A DNA stretch of 64,000 nt from an uncultured virus (IMG/VR IMGVR_UViG_3300030329_004422) (IMGVR_UViG_3300030329_004422), one strand, 5' to 3'. Shown: positions 28,953 through 37,860, counted from the first letter of the stretch. Notes: a model not told the origin generated them from the sequence alone. Translations and numbers: made by a program.

Positions 28953-29248
28953 CACTCACCTCCCTGTGCGTATGCTTCTTCAAGCTGTTCATGGATCTCA
29001 CTTGCGATCTCACTCGCGTCCGTGTCTTGATAGATGGCGACCACGGCCCAATGCGGGTAGTGGTATGCACCGCCTGTGTAGCTGTTGTCTCCTGTCTGGA
29101 AACTCCAGTCCCTCACGCCATCCCACCCAACTGTGAGTTGGATACCCGGCTCGTCATCGTCCTCGTATGCCCGATACTCGTCGTCGATCTCGGCCTTGCA
29201 CGCCTTGATCAAGCCTTCAATGTCGCTCTTTTCGGGTAATACTCTCAT
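28952..29248 (-). CDS. Small acidic array protein
   Basis: GGAGGTG RBS; ends GGE*. Confidence 0.6.
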   Translation of the reverse strand: MRVLPEKSDIEGLIKACKAEIDDEYRAYEDDDEPGIQLTVGWDGVRDWSFQTGDNSYTGGAYHYPHWAVVAIYQDTDASEIASEIHEQLEEAYAQGGE

Positions 29249-29454
29249 TTCGCACCTCCCTTGGCTTTCGCGATTGCTTTTCGGGCATAGGCTATAAGGT
29301 CGCAGTTATTCAGGCCGTCATGGTCTGAACCCTGTGGTAGTTGTTTGCTGGCCGCATCGGTTATCGACTCAAGCGAAGCCAGCAGCATCTTGTTCTTGGC
29401 TTTTAAGGTTGAGCACTCTGCAAGCAACTCAAAGCATACAGCACGGTAGTTCAT
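29245..29454 (-). CDS. Small array protein
   Basis: Junction motif; ARKAIAKAKG tail. Confidence 0.55.
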   Translation of the reverse strand: MNYRAVCFELLAECSTLKAKNKMLLASLESITDAASKQLPQGSDHDGLNNCDLIAYARKAIAKAKGGAK

Positions 29455-29963
29455 CACTCACCTCCTTCATCGGGCATTGATTGTTCGATTAGGTCAATGC
29501 TTTCCTTCAGCCACTTCTTTGCGTTGCCCGGTTGTGTACCTTCATAGGGCTCGTCTTTCGCAGCGTTCTCCATCGTCCACAGTATGTACTTCAGGTGGCC
29601 GATGCTGATTCCAACTGGAGTGTGATGGTGGGTTTTGTCTATCGCGCACTGCTCATCACAGTCTGTACATACGTTTTCTTCCAACGTCAGTTCAGTGTTT
29701 GCCAAGTATTCATCGGAGAAAACCTCGTCGCATACTTCACAAGTGAATGCGTGCATATCGACACAATGGGCACACCAAACCTCTCCACCTATATCGGTCA
29801 TCTTGTCTACATGTTCGCGATGATTGCACGTAGAGTGTTCACTGATAGCCCTTTGGCACTCTGGATTGTTTTCCTTCCAGACTTCATGGCGATGTTCTTC
29901 AGCCTGTTCGTAAGCCCGTCGAGCCTCTGAGTATTGGTGCTCTGGTCCTTGCCATCTACTCAT
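29454..29963 (-). CDS. Cys-rich (multiple CxxC) array protein
   Basis: CAHC, CEVC, CTDC; ends GGE*. Confidence 0.6.
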   Translation of the reverse strand: MSRWQGPEHQYSEARRAYEQAEEHRHEVWKENNPECQRAISEHSTCNHREHVDKMTDIGGEVWCAHCVDMHAFTCEVCDEVFSDEYLANTELTLEENVCTDCDEQCAIDKTHHHTPVGISIGHLKYILWTMENAAKDEPYEGTQPGNAKKWLKESIDLIEQSMPDEGGE

Positions 29964-30259
29964 CACTCACCTCTCTTTGTGCAGTGTGGACACCGCCATT
30001 CTCCAGCCTTGAAGGACCACCCCTCTCGCTGCATCTCGCGAGCAACTTCCTCCACGCGCCAGTTTTGCGCGTCATCGTGGTGAGCAAGATATTCTTCTGT
30101 GCACCACGGCTCGTCATCGACGTAGTGTGTGTCGGTGTCGCGGTTGTAGGTCAACTGCTTGCCTTCTGGTAAATCACCGATTGGATCGCAATACACACTG
30201 ACTTTGATGCGACTTGAATCAAAGCGGTTTTGCAGTGCGTCATACTTATTGTTGCTCAT
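29963..30259 (-). CDS. Small array protein
   Basis: GGAGAAGAATGATG junction; C-terminal CPHC. Confidence 0.55.
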   Translation of the reverse strand: MSNNKYDALQNRFDSSRIKVSVYCDPIGDLPEGKQLTYNRDTDTHYVDDEPWCTEEYLAHHDDAQNWRVEEVAREMQREGWSFKAGEWRCPHCTKRGE

Positions 30260-30426
30260 CATTCTTCTCCTTCGTCGTTTGTGTAGCAATCGCAGCAATG
30301 GTGCCCATTGCCGTGGTCTTTGAGACAGTGGGCACAATACGGCTGCCCACCCAGGGGAGAACCAATGGCCTCATTGTATGCCGCTACTCCGTGAGACATT
30401 CCCTCCTGTCTTTCTTCTTTTTCCAT
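30259..30426 (-). CDS. 55-aa Cys-rich peptide (not in ORF track)
   Basis: MEKEERQ...YCAHC...CCDCYTNDEGEE, lying between two junctions. Confidence 0.55.
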   Translation of the reverse strand: MEKEERQEGMSHGVAAYNEAIGSPLGGQPYCAHCLKDHGNGHHCCDCYTNDEGEE

Positions 30427-30602
30427 CACTCACCTCCCTCGTCTTCAAACCAACCGTCCTTCTCACGTCGAATGTATTCCTCAATGGGCATGCAGTAGTC
30501 CGCTGCTGCACATTCGTAGCACCAGCGATCCCACATACTTGTGAACCGATGGACCTTGCCCGGTTCGTATTCAACCTCACGTTCCCAATCTGGTCCGAGC
30601 AT
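30426..30602 (-). CDS. 58-aa peptide (not in ORF track)
   Basis: MLGPDWE...CYEC...DEGGE, lying between two exact junctions. Confidence 0.6.
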   Translation of the reverse strand: MLGPDWEREVEYEPGKVHRFTSMWDRWCYECAAADYCMPIEEYIRREKDGWFEDEGGE

Positions 30603-31060
30603 CACTCACCTCCCTTGACCAATGCGTGCTGACTCCAGAATGTCGCAGCCTCGATGGCCTCTTGTGGCTTCATGCCGGAGTCCCACCACTCGCGCGGTGA
30701 TGGAGTCGTCGCCTGCGTACCATACGCCGTGAACAGCATCAGGGTTCCATCCTCTACGCGCATACCGCATACAACCATGTTGCGTGCTGGTCGTGATGGC
30801 GCGTCAATCAAGCGCGATGGTCCTGGTCGATTGTTACGCTTCTCATACGTTACTTGGTCCTCGGTTACCGGCTCGTCACCTACGGATGGTCCGTATAGTG
30901 AACACAGAAGGTTCGGACAATGCACCGGTAACTCCAGCACCCTCAACAGAAACGAGCCATCCCAGTCTGCCAATGCATCATCAATAAAGATTAGATGTGC
31001 TGGCTGTAAGTCGTGGTCATCGTGCGCGAGTACGATTCCGTTTGGTGTAATAGTAGGCAT
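30602..31060 (-). CDS. Small array protein
   Basis: Exact junctions at both ends. Confidence 0.65.
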   Translation of the reverse strand: MPTITPNGIVLAHDDHDLQPAHLIFIDDALADWDGSFLLRVLELPVHCPNLLCSLYGPSVGDEPVTEDQVTYEKRNNRPGPSRLIDAPSRPARNMVVCGMRVEDGTLMLFTAYGTQATTPSPREWWDSGMKPQEAIEAATFWSQHALVKGGE

Positions 31061-31395
31061 CACTCACCTCCTTTCATTCTTTTCAGTTTCATTTGGTACT
31101 CATCCCAAAACGGAGAGCCGTATCGGGGGTAAGGGTGAACGCTGACATCGTGGTCGAAGTGCCTGTCAGGATCAGTCTTGGAGAAGCACCAACGTTCCGT
31201 TGCAATCTGCCTAAGCTGATGCCCGGTAAGGTCAGGGAACATAGACGCAAGAGCGAAAAGTCTTGCCGCGACTTTCCATGTAAAGTCATTAAACTTTTCA
31301 CCTTCGTTTGCCATGCACCGCTGCATGTCCGCGAAGCAGTCTCGGTAATCCTCATCAACCGACACGCTGCCTTTGATTACAAATGTCTTATCCAT
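31060..31395 (-). CDS. Small array protein
   Basis: Junctions at both ends. Confidence 0.6.
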   Translation of the reverse strand: MDKTFVIKGSVSVDEDYRDCFADMQRCMANEGEKFNDFTWKVAARLFALASMFPDLTGHQLRQIATERWCFSKTDPDRHFDHDVSVHPYPRYGSPFWDEYQMKLKRMKGGE

Positions 31396-31655
31396 CATTC
31401 TTCTCCCTGGTTCTGAGCATCCACGATGCTCTTTGTGTAGTCCCGCTTCATTTCTTTCAGTGCTTCTGCGGCAGCGATGCCAGCCTGAATGAAGAAGTCT
31501 TCGGCATCGTCACTCTGCTGCTCATCCCAATCGGGCACCACATGGTAAAACTTTTCACCGCCTTCGATGCGCGTCAGTTGCTCATCCGTGATTGCCACAG
31601 CCGTGGGCTCACTAAGGGTCCAGGTTTCCCCGTCGTCCAGTACATAGATAATCAT
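31395..31655 (-). CDS. Small acidic array protein
   Basis: ATGA overlap; ends GEE*. Confidence 0.55.
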   Translation of the reverse strand: MIIYVLDDGETWTLSEPTAVAITDEQLTRIEGGEKFYHVVPDWDEQQSDDAEDFFIQAGIAAAEALKEMKRDYTKSIVDAQNQGEE

Positions 31656-31942
31656 GATTCATTCCTCCCGTACCAAGCCTTAGACCTCTCGGGGTCCATG
31701 ACCTGTGTGTATGTGCCAGGGCGAATCCGTGGCTTGGTTGTGCAGATGCGGACGTTCTTCTGGTCACTGCGACCGCGAGCGTAGTCCGCCACCCTGTTCG
31801 CTTCCCGCTGGCTCTCACAAGGTAGAACCAGGCGGTTGGTAAGGCCCCTCGATTCTCCCCATCCCGACATGAATCTGTCGGTTGTAGTGACATAGAAAGG
31901 CGCGTCAGGGATTTCACTTTGTTGGGTTACGTGTTGAGACAT
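31652..31942 (-). CDS. Small array protein
   Basis: AGGAGG RBS just downstream of a promoter; YVT.TD.FMSGWG motif. Confidence 0.6.
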   Translation of the reverse strand: MSQHVTQQSEIPDAPFYVTTTDRFMSGWGESRGLTNRLVLPCESQREANRVADYARGRSDQKNVRICTTKPRIRPGTYTQVMDPERSKAWYGRNES

Positions 31943-31961
31943 TCTTTCCTCCTGTTTATCT

Positions 31962-31994
31962 ATTTTATACACGTGACATGGTATGTCAAGTGTG
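31962..31994 (-). promoter_or_regulatory. Repeated phage promoter with CACGTG in the spacer
   Basis: CACACTTGACATACCATGTCACGTGTATAAAAT. Confidence 0.75.
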
Positions 31995-32226
31995 TTTGTT
32001 GATTGTTGGTAAAGCTACCCATCGGTAAGCTGAAGCAGATGAGCCACTCCAAGCAAGGCCGCAGCAATCCACAATGACACCCACGGCGACTCTGTGAACA
32101 TGGTTTGAATCTCAAACATCATCACTGGCTCTCTTTAGTTGTGTAGGGTTTGTCGGGTGTGCTATCGAATGCCGATGGCTTTGTGTCGACGGAATTTGCC
32201 GTGTATCTCTACGGTTTCGATCGTCA

Positions 32227-32397
32227 TTACTTACCTCCTTGGGCTTCACTGTGGCAGTACACACAGATGAAGTATTGGTATGGAATCTTGCGGATTGGCT
32301 CGGCAACCTCATACTCATCACCTACTGTGACGTTGACGGTAAACATAGAAGCTTCACCTTTGTGGGTCTCGCACTCGGGATTGCTACACTTGAGCAT
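32227..32397 (-). CDS. 56-aa Zn-ribbon-like peptide (not in ORF track)
   Basis: MLKCSNPEC...ICVYCHSEAQGGK, between junctions. Confidence 0.55.
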   Translation of the reverse strand: MLKCSNPECETHKGEASMFTVNVTVGDEYEVAEPIRKIPYQYFICVYCHSEAQGGK

Positions 32398-32597
32398 CAC
32401 TCACCTCCTTCGTCTTGTGAGAGTTTGTCAAGGATGCTTTTCCTCACTTGGATTTTGACTTGATATGCTTGGTCAACGGCTTCAGTCTTGTGGAGCCCCA
32501 TGTCTTCAAAGGCTTGGACAACACTTAGAAAAACTTGAGTAGTTGCGTCATTAGTTTTATCTTCCAGTGCGTTAAGTGACTCTTTTGGTATTGGCAT
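32397..32597 (-). CDS. Small array protein
   Basis: Junctions at both ends. Confidence 0.55.
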   Translation of the reverse strand: MPIPKESLNALEDKTNDATTQVFLSVVQAFEDMGLHKTEAVDQAYQVKIQVRKSILDKLSQDEGGE

Positions 32598-32959
32598 CAC
32601 AAACCTCCTTGCATAATCCAAGTGTATAGACAGCCATTTGATCGGTAGACATCGTTACGCCACTTGGTCGCATACTCAGTCGTCGGCGGGTCGGCTTGCT
32701 GAATGAGCGACACGGGACAATCCCAGTAGCAGGGCCCCATCGACTCATCGATAGTTTTGTATCCCCAGTTGCCTTGGTATGACGACAACTTGAATAGGCA
32801 GACAAAAGATGGACCTTGTTTCGGCTTGATTAGCATCCATAGATGGCGTCCAAAGTTTGTGGCTTTGCGGTCGATGATGCTGAATCGCTCGCCGCTGTAT
32901 TGATCAACAAGATCGTTCACTACGTCTTGTCGGCTCCAGTATCCTGATATGGTTCCCAT
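32597..32959 (-). CDS. DUF6927-like protein
   Basis: WGYKTIDESMGPCYWDCP...A..WR motif. Confidence 0.55.
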   Translation of the reverse strand: MGTISGYWSRQDVVNDLVDQYSGERFSIIDRKATNFGRHLWMLIKPKQGPSFVCLFKLSSYQGNWGYKTIDESMGPCYWDCPVSLIQQADPPTTEYATKWRNDVYRSNGCLYTWIMQGGL

Positions 32960-33031
32960 GTTTGCTCCAGTTGTTTGTTGAAAGTTGTGCGGTTTTGATA
33001 AGCAGACCGCAAACTGCTTCCCTCTCCCGTA

Positions 33032-34024
33032 TTACTTGGCAGCTTGTTGCTTCTCGATACCAGGGTGCTCAGCCGTGGTAAGGACAAGCTTCGCCGCCTT
33101 CTCTGCCTTGGATGCCGCCGACACGATGGCCTTCGGGTCATCCTTCAGCACCTCAAGCCAGTGGTTCAGGTACTGCGCGTGGTCTTCGCGTGGTTCTTCT
33201 GGCTGGTTGATACCAGCATCGGCACACAAGAACGCTGCGCCCAACTCAGCCACCAACTCTTCAAAAGCATAGGCTTGCTTGTAGCTGCCCTTTCGTTCCT
33301 TCTTGAAGCGGTTCAGACGTGTGCTGTGACCCGTGCTGTGAATCACCTCATGAAAAGCAGTCGAGAAGTATTCAGCCTCTCCATGAAACTGCTCAAAGTG
33401 TGGCAGTTGAATGAAGTCATTGGATGGCCTGTAGAATGCCGAGTCGCCGCCGTGGGTGATAGTGACTTGCTCAGACCATGCTTCCAGAATCACCTTTGCA
33501 TCTTCGTACTCGTCGCCCGCCTCGGAACGCTTACCGCCGTCAATGAGAACCGTGTCCTCTTGAAGCGTTGGACGTGGTCCGGGGTCATGCTTGCTGCCTT
33601 CTTCCCACTCAATCTGGCAAGCGTTGAAGACTGTGTACAGCCTCATCTTTGCAAAGGTCACGGGCTCACCGCTGGCGTCAAGCTTGACCTTTCCATTCTC
33701 TTTGAATGGCAGGAACAACCACTTGACGATGCGCGTACCCTTCTCACCCTTGCGGACCTGACCGCTCTTGCCTTGGGCACCCTTGTACGTGTGCCACGTA
33801 TCAGAGTGGTAGCCACGCTCAGACTGTGCCGCCCACAGCAGAAGGACATTGACTCCGCTGTATGGCTTGCCAGTACCTCCACTGACTGGACGGCTCAAGG
33901 CGCCACCCAATGCGGTCCAGCCTTTGCGCCAGGGTTGCACACCCTTCTCAAGCGAGGCCAGGATGGTATCGGTGATGACCTGATAGGGGTTAAACTTGGT
34001 CTTGGTTTTTGGCTTGCGTGCCAT
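33032..34024 (-). CDS. ardC: ArdC-family anti-restriction ssDNA-binding/zincin protein
   Basis: ITD.I...LE.GV.PW, YSGVN..LL, VRKGEKG, VFN..Q, HEVIHSTGH..RL.R, YAFEELVAELGA. Confidence 0.92.
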   Translation of the reverse strand: MARKPKTKTKFNPYQVITDTILASLEKGVQPWRKGWTALGGALSRPVSGGTGKPYSGVNVLLLWAAQSERGYHSDTWHTYKGAQGKSGQVRKGEKGTRIVKWLFLPFKENGKVKLDASGEPVTFAKMRLYTVFNACQIEWEEGSKHDPGPRPTLQEDTVLIDGGKRSEAGDEYEDAKVILEAWSEQVTITHGGDSAFYRPSNDFIQLPHFEQFHGEAEYFSTAFHEVIHSTGHSTRLNRFKKERKGSYKQAYAFEELVAELGAAFLCADAGINQPEEPREDHAQYLNHWLEVLKDDPKAIVSAASKAEKAAKLVLTTAEHPGIEKQQAAK

Positions 34025-34056
34025 ATTGAATCTCCGGTTTTGTGTTGCTCATACAG

Positions 34057-34089
34057 TATTTAATCACGTGACATAGAATGTCAAGTATG
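34057..34089 (-). promoter_or_regulatory. Repeated phage promoter with CACGTG
   Basis: TTGACATTCTATGTCACGTGATTAAATA upstream of ardC. Confidence 0.75.
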
Positions 34090-34105
34090 TCAGTGCGGAT
34101 AAAGC

Positions 34106-34528
34106 TTAGTAGCCCATCGCCCTGGCGTTCTGGTCGTAGTATTCATGGCCGACCTCTCTCCAGTCAGGCCAGCCTGTCTGTTCTTCCCAGGTAGTCACCC
34201 ACTCATGAGCAGTGGTGCCGTCATAGTCAGTGAATGGCTCCCACCGTCCACCAGTGCAGTGCTTCACTGTCTTCGCTTGCAGCATGTCAAGCGGGCATTG
34301 TCGCTCGTAGTGGGTTGACATGTACCCATCACAGTCGCGTCCCTCATTGAAGTAGTTGACTGTGATGACCTTGCTATCGGCATCGTAATACCACGTGCGT
34401 ACAGTGCGGTCCCATCCCTCATCGGTAGGCTCATACTTGACATGGGTCAAGGTCTGTCCAGGCCGTAGGTCGATGACTACATCGCTTCCGTTAATGGACT
34501 CTTTGAATCGTGCGGTAGGTTTTGGCAT
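34106..34528 (-). CDS. Small array protein
   Basis: Starts at junction 34526. Confidence 0.6.
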   Translation of the reverse strand: MPKPTARFKESINGSDVVIDLRPGQTLTHVKYEPTDEGWDRTVRTWYYDADSKVITVNYFNEGRDCDGYMSTHYERQCPLDMLQAKTVKHCTGGRWEPFTDYDGTTAHEWVTTWEEQTGWPDWREVGHEYYDQNARAMGY

Positions 34529-34692
34529 CACTCGCCTCCTTCGGGAGAACAAAGTTGGTTTAAAATGTCAGCACATTCGTCGATGACGTTCTCGATTGTT
34601 TCTTGGTCTTCGTCGTCAAAGTTTTGCTTTGCTACACTTAGCCAGTGCATCATGTCTTGAAACTTTAACCATTGTTCGTCGCTAAGTGGCAT
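34528..34692 (-). CDS. 54-aa peptide (not in ORF track)
   Basis: MPLSDEQW...SPEGGE, between junctions. Confidence 0.55.
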   Translation of the reverse strand: MPLSDEQWLKFQDMMHWLSVAKQNFDDEDQETIENVIDECADILNQLCSPEGGE

Positions 34693-35021
34693 CACTCACC
34701 TCCTTCGTTGCGATTAAAAAGTTTGAATGGCCCACACTCACCTCTGGCAAATGCTGCCAACTCATTGCGCCAAACACGCATGGCTACGTCGACCTCGCGT
34801 GGTGTCATGTTAGGAAACCTGCATTTACCTTTGAGGTATGCCTGGTCCAAGACTTCGGTTTGATATCGACGGCGCTCTACCAATCGAATGACCTTGCTAA
34901 GGTTTTCATCGCTTAGTTTTCTGGAACCATCAATCCATCCCTCCAGTAAACCAAGTGCTGCATTGTCTACCTCGAAGGGTACGGGCCTCGCGCAGCCGTC
35001 ACACTTTCCACACTTTCTCAT
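34692..35021 (-). CDS. Small array protein with N-terminal Cys cluster
   Basis: CGKCDGC; ends GGE*. Confidence 0.55.
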   Translation of the reverse strand: MRKCGKCDGCARPVPFEVDNAALGLLEGWIDGSRKLSDENLSKVIRLVERRRYQTEVLDQAYLKGKCRFPNMTPREVDVAMRVWRNELAAFARGECGPFKLFNRNEGGE

Positions 35022-35031
35022 TACTCGCCTC

Positions 35032-35214
35032 CTATGTGTAGCTGTAGACTCTCTTGATTAGCTTTCTCTTTCCGTTCACGACGCGCCATACGCTGCCGCT
35101 GAACAGGTTGATACCGTCCGCATAGCGTATGTTAGGCGTTACAATCTTGAAGCGCCGACCGTTACGGTCAACGCCTGTTACGTGGTACTCGACCTCAGAC
35201 CATTGTTCCATCAT
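35032..35214 (-). CDS. Small array protein
   Basis: Junction variant at the start. Confidence 0.55.
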   Translation of the reverse strand: MMEQWSEVEYHVTGVDRNGRRFKIVTPNIRYADGINLFSGSVWRVVNGKRKLIKRVYSYT

Positions 35215-35442
35215 TCACCTCCCCACCGGGTAGCCGGTGCCGTTCATTATGCTGACACGTTCAGGGTTCAGCGCATGTTTCATAATCCCCACATGCCCAC
35301 GGTCTTCGTCGCTGCCGCCGTGCCTTTCTGCTTCGTCCGCAGCATCTTCGGCATCGCCAATGGTGCTGTATGTTCCAAGCACATTGTACTGTGTGCCATT
35401 GTCTTGTGACCATTCTCGAACCACTTGGTAGATGTATGTCAT
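35215..35442 (-). CDS. Small array protein
   Basis: CTGGAGCAAACATG start. Confidence 0.55.
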   Translation of the reverse strand: MTYIYQVVREWSQDNGTQYNVLGTYSTIGDAEDAADEAERHGGSDEDRGHVGIMKHALNPERVSIMNGTGYPVGR

Positions 35443-35478
35443 GTTTGCTCCAGTGGGGCCGAAGCCCCGGTTGATTAG

Positions 35479-35700
35479 TTAGCCTTCACACTCTACGATT
35501 AGGTCCAGGTCCCAAAGCACTTCATCGCTACCAGGCTGAAGCTCAGGCCGATGCTCACACCCAATGGCGTGAGGGTCTGGATAGCAAAGCAACCACTCGC
35601 CGTGCCAGGTTTGATAGAACGCCTCCAGTGTGAGGCTGTTTGAACGGAAGAACGTCCGCGCGTCGTTTTGGGTATCGAAGAATCTATAAGACAGTCTCAT
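35479..35700 (-). CDS. Small array protein
   Basis: CTGGAGCAAACATG start at 35700. Confidence 0.55.
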   Translation of the reverse strand: MRLSYRFFDTQNDARTFFRSNSLTLEAFYQTWHGEWLLCYPDPHAIGCEHRPELQPGSDEVLWDLDLIVECEG

Positions 35701-35713
35701 GTTTGCTCCAGGG

Positions 35714-36010
35714 CTATCGGTTGAAGGTGTGACCGGTCGGTGTGACCGTGTCATCGAATCGGGTCCACGTCACGCCATCGTTGAGCGTGTCGATGAATGT
35801 CTCAGCAATCACGCGGACTGGCTTTGCGTGCTCCGTTAAGCCTCTACGGACGGCGGTGTACGCTGCCTTCAGTGCAGCATCGGCGGCGCTGACACCGCTG
35901 ATGACTTCAGCATGTACGACACCCTCGCCGCCTTCAGGAACGACATAGGTATAGAACAAGAACGGGTTGCGGGTTGCGGGGGTAGGAATACGTTTAGCGA
36001 TTGCGGCCAT
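35714..36010 (-). CDS. Small array protein
   Basis: CTGGAG RBS downstream of a promoter. Confidence 0.55.
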   Translation of the reverse strand: MAAIAKRIPTPATRNPFLFYTYVVPEGGEGVVHAEVISGVSAADAALKAAYTAVRRGLTEHAKPVRVIAETFIDTLNDGVTWTRFDDTVTPTGHTFNR

Positions 36011-36033
36011 GATAATCTCCAGGTTGAAAAGTA

Positions 36034-36066
36034 TATTTAATCACGTGTCAGGGTATGTCAAGTGTG
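36034..36066 (-). promoter_or_regulatory. Repeated phage promoter with CACGTG
   Basis: CACACTTGACATACCCTGACACGTGATTAAATA. Confidence 0.75.
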
Positions 36067-36076
36067 GGGTTAGGGA

Positions 36077-36475
36077 TTATCCCCAGGAAGGCCACACTTC
36101 ACTGTCATCCGGTATCTCAAGATGCTTTGCGTACATGTAGGCTGCGCGTGCCTCGCAAACTTTATGATACGCGGGCACATACCCGTCATTGTCTTTGCAC
36201 CAAACGTCAAGGCCACTAAAAGTTTCAGGGTTGGATTCATCGACTGCGTTCACCTTCTCTTTTAGCTGCCTGAATGCCTCAATGAATGCGTTGCGAAGTG
36301 GGTCCACTCGTCGGCAGTCGTCGCAGATATGCTGGCCGTCGTACCGGCTCACAGCATTGAACGCTATGGGCTCAAGCAACGGCTCGTCACAGTCTGGACG
36401 TGGGCAAGGGTTGTCATAGTTTACAGTGATGATGCCAGCTTCGATAGCTTCGGCCAGTGCTTTTGGGTTTCTCAT
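36077..36475 (-). CDS. Small Zn-finger-like array protein
   Basis: CPRPDC...NAVSR.D...ICDDC; CTGGAGCAAACATG start. Confidence 0.6.
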   Translation of the reverse strand: MRNPKALAEAIEAGIITVNYDNPCPRPDCDEPLLEPIAFNAVSRYDGQHICDDCRRVDPLRNAFIEAFRQLKEKVNAVDESNPETFSGLDVWCKDNDGYVPAYHKVCEARAAYMYAKHLEIPDDSEVWPSWG

Positions 36476-36490
36476 GTTTGCTCCAGGGGT

Positions 36491-36631
36491 TTAGCGGTTC
36501 CAGTAGATTGAAAGGCGGTGCCCGAAAATGTGAATACTCACGTACCCGGTTTCTTCTTCCGGACAGTCGAGGTTGTGGAATACACCGAAAGGGGTACGAC
36601 CGGGGGTGGGGTGACTGTGTTGCAGGGTCAT
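36491..36631 (-). CDS. 46-aa peptide
   Basis: ATGA overlap with the upstream gene. Confidence 0.4.
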   Translation of the reverse strand: MTLQHSHPTPGRTPFGVFHNLDCPEEETGYVSIHIFGHRLSIYWNR

Positions 36632-36780
36632 GATTGCCGCCACGGATTGTAAGGCATTCCATCGGCGAGCCATTCAGCGGCACTTAAAATGACAAACTCA
36701 TCGAGGCCCCGAAGAAGGCGGCGTTCATTGATATCCTTACAGGTACTTACATATCGGTTGTACAGTTTTGTGAAGTCCAT
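36628..36780 (-). CDS. 50-aa peptide (not in ORF track)
   Basis: CTGGAGCAAAAATG start; MDFTKLYNRY... Confidence 0.5.
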   Translation of the reverse strand: MDFTKLYNRYVSTCKDINERRLLRGLDEFVILSAAEWLADGMPYNPWRQS

Positions 36781-37031
36781 TTTTGCTCCAGGGCTCGTTT
36801 GAGTGATTGATTGAGGCGCTCTGCATTTATCTTCATGGCTTGTTTCTTGGCGCTTGCTTGGGTCTTGAACGGTCCAAACTCCACGGTTCGGCCATCCTCA
36901 TCCAGCCAGAACCCTGGCCGCTTGGCATTCATGTATAGGGAAAACTGACGTGGGCCGGTGTGCTCGATGGCGAAGGTAGCTGTCAAACACTCGAAACGGA
37001 TGAAAGGTTTTCTGCGAAAGTTTAGGCTCAT
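36747..37031 (-). CDS. Small array protein
   Basis: GGAGGT RBS; ATGA overlap. Confidence 0.5.
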   Translation of the reverse strand: MSLNFRRKPFIRFECLTATFAIEHTGPRQFSLYMNAKRPGFWLDEDGRTVEFGPFKTQASAKKQAMKINAERLNQSLKRALEQKWTSQNCTTDM

Positions 37032-37318
37032 GATTGACCTCCACATGGGCTCATGTACAATCCGTCAAGAAAGGCGTGCATCCGGTAGTAGGTTTCACGC
37101 TTGGTTCCGAGCCCGGTTATGTCGCGCTCGGCTCCGCCCTCGTTGGTCAGTTGGCTCAGACGAACCCCACCATAGGCCCAGTCAAGCACATAGGTGCCCA
37201 CGTTGGCGCGATAGCGCCCGGTCTCGTCTTGGGTCCACGGTTCTACCTTTTGACCTGCGGCTAAGTTTATGGCGTCAAGTACGTTTTGGAGTTTTTGCTT
37301 TGTGATACGTGATGACAT
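37028..37318 (-). CDS. Small array protein
   Basis: GGAGG RBS; Y.LD.AYGG..L...GTKRE motif. Confidence 0.6.
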   Translation of the reverse strand: MSSRITKQKLQNVLDAINLAAGQKVEPWTQDETGRYRANVGTYVLDWAYGGVRLSQLTNEGGAERDITGLGTKRETYYRMHAFLDGLYMSPCGGQS

Positions 37319-37320
37319 GA

Positions 37321-37563
37321 CTATGCCTCCGGATAGTGGATGTTGCTGCTGGCAAGGTACAGGGGCTCGCCACCGGGCAAAATGTAAAGGGTGCCTGAGT
37401 TACTCCAGCACACACAGTAAACGCGGTACAGTCGTCCGTTGTGCTCGACCTTGTAAGGCGTGGTCAGCTTGCGACCGTAGCCGCTGGCGGTCTGTGATAA
37501 CCCGCGTTCGTGCCACCATAGCGGCGAGTAGATTAGCTGACTGTCTGTTTCTTTGTAGTTCAT
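37321..37563 (-). CDS. Small array protein (first gene of the array)
   Basis: CTGGAGCAATCATG start; TASGYG.KL.T.Y.V...GR..RVY...WSNSG. Confidence 0.6.
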   Translation of the reverse strand: MNYKETDSQLIYSPLWWHERGLSQTASGYGRKLTTPYKVEHNGRLYRVYCVCWSNSGTLYILPGGEPLYLASSNIHYPEA

Positions 37564-37660
37564 GATTGCTCCAGGGTTGTGCCCTATCCGTCAGGGCAGT
37601 GTTTACCTCCCCGTTGGGGTAGGTCGAAAGTATCGGTTGTACCTATGGTATGGGCTATTG

Positions 37661-37860
37661 CCTAACCTACCCTATCCTAAAAAGGAGAAACATAGATAAG
37701 GGAAGGGTAGACAGTAATAGGCATATAGAGGGTTTTGTATGTTTGAAAAGGTGGGGGAAAGAAGGGGGGCAGGTTAGGCAGGCGGGTGATTGTACAGGTT
37801 GAACCTGCTCTAATCGCTGCCCTAACCTCCAAAAAGAAGGGGGGCAGGAAGGGGGGCAGG
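37661..37860. repeat. G-rich direct and inverted repeats, origin-like
   Basis: GAAGGGGGGCAGG x3; CCTAACCT x3; palindrome CAGGTTGAACCTG. Confidence 0.7.

Noticed and set aside
32112..32227. Gene following the junction at 32225
   Set aside because: Only 21 codons before a stop; possibly a decayed cassette, but not supportable
33044..34063. 339-aa plus-strand ORF
   Set aside because: Antisense shadow of ardC; no motifs or RBS
28645..35222. Repeated 14-mers as a CRISPR array or integron attC sites
   Set aside because: Repeats are too short, spacing is gene-length and coding, there is no palindromic attC structure, and no cas or integrase gene is present
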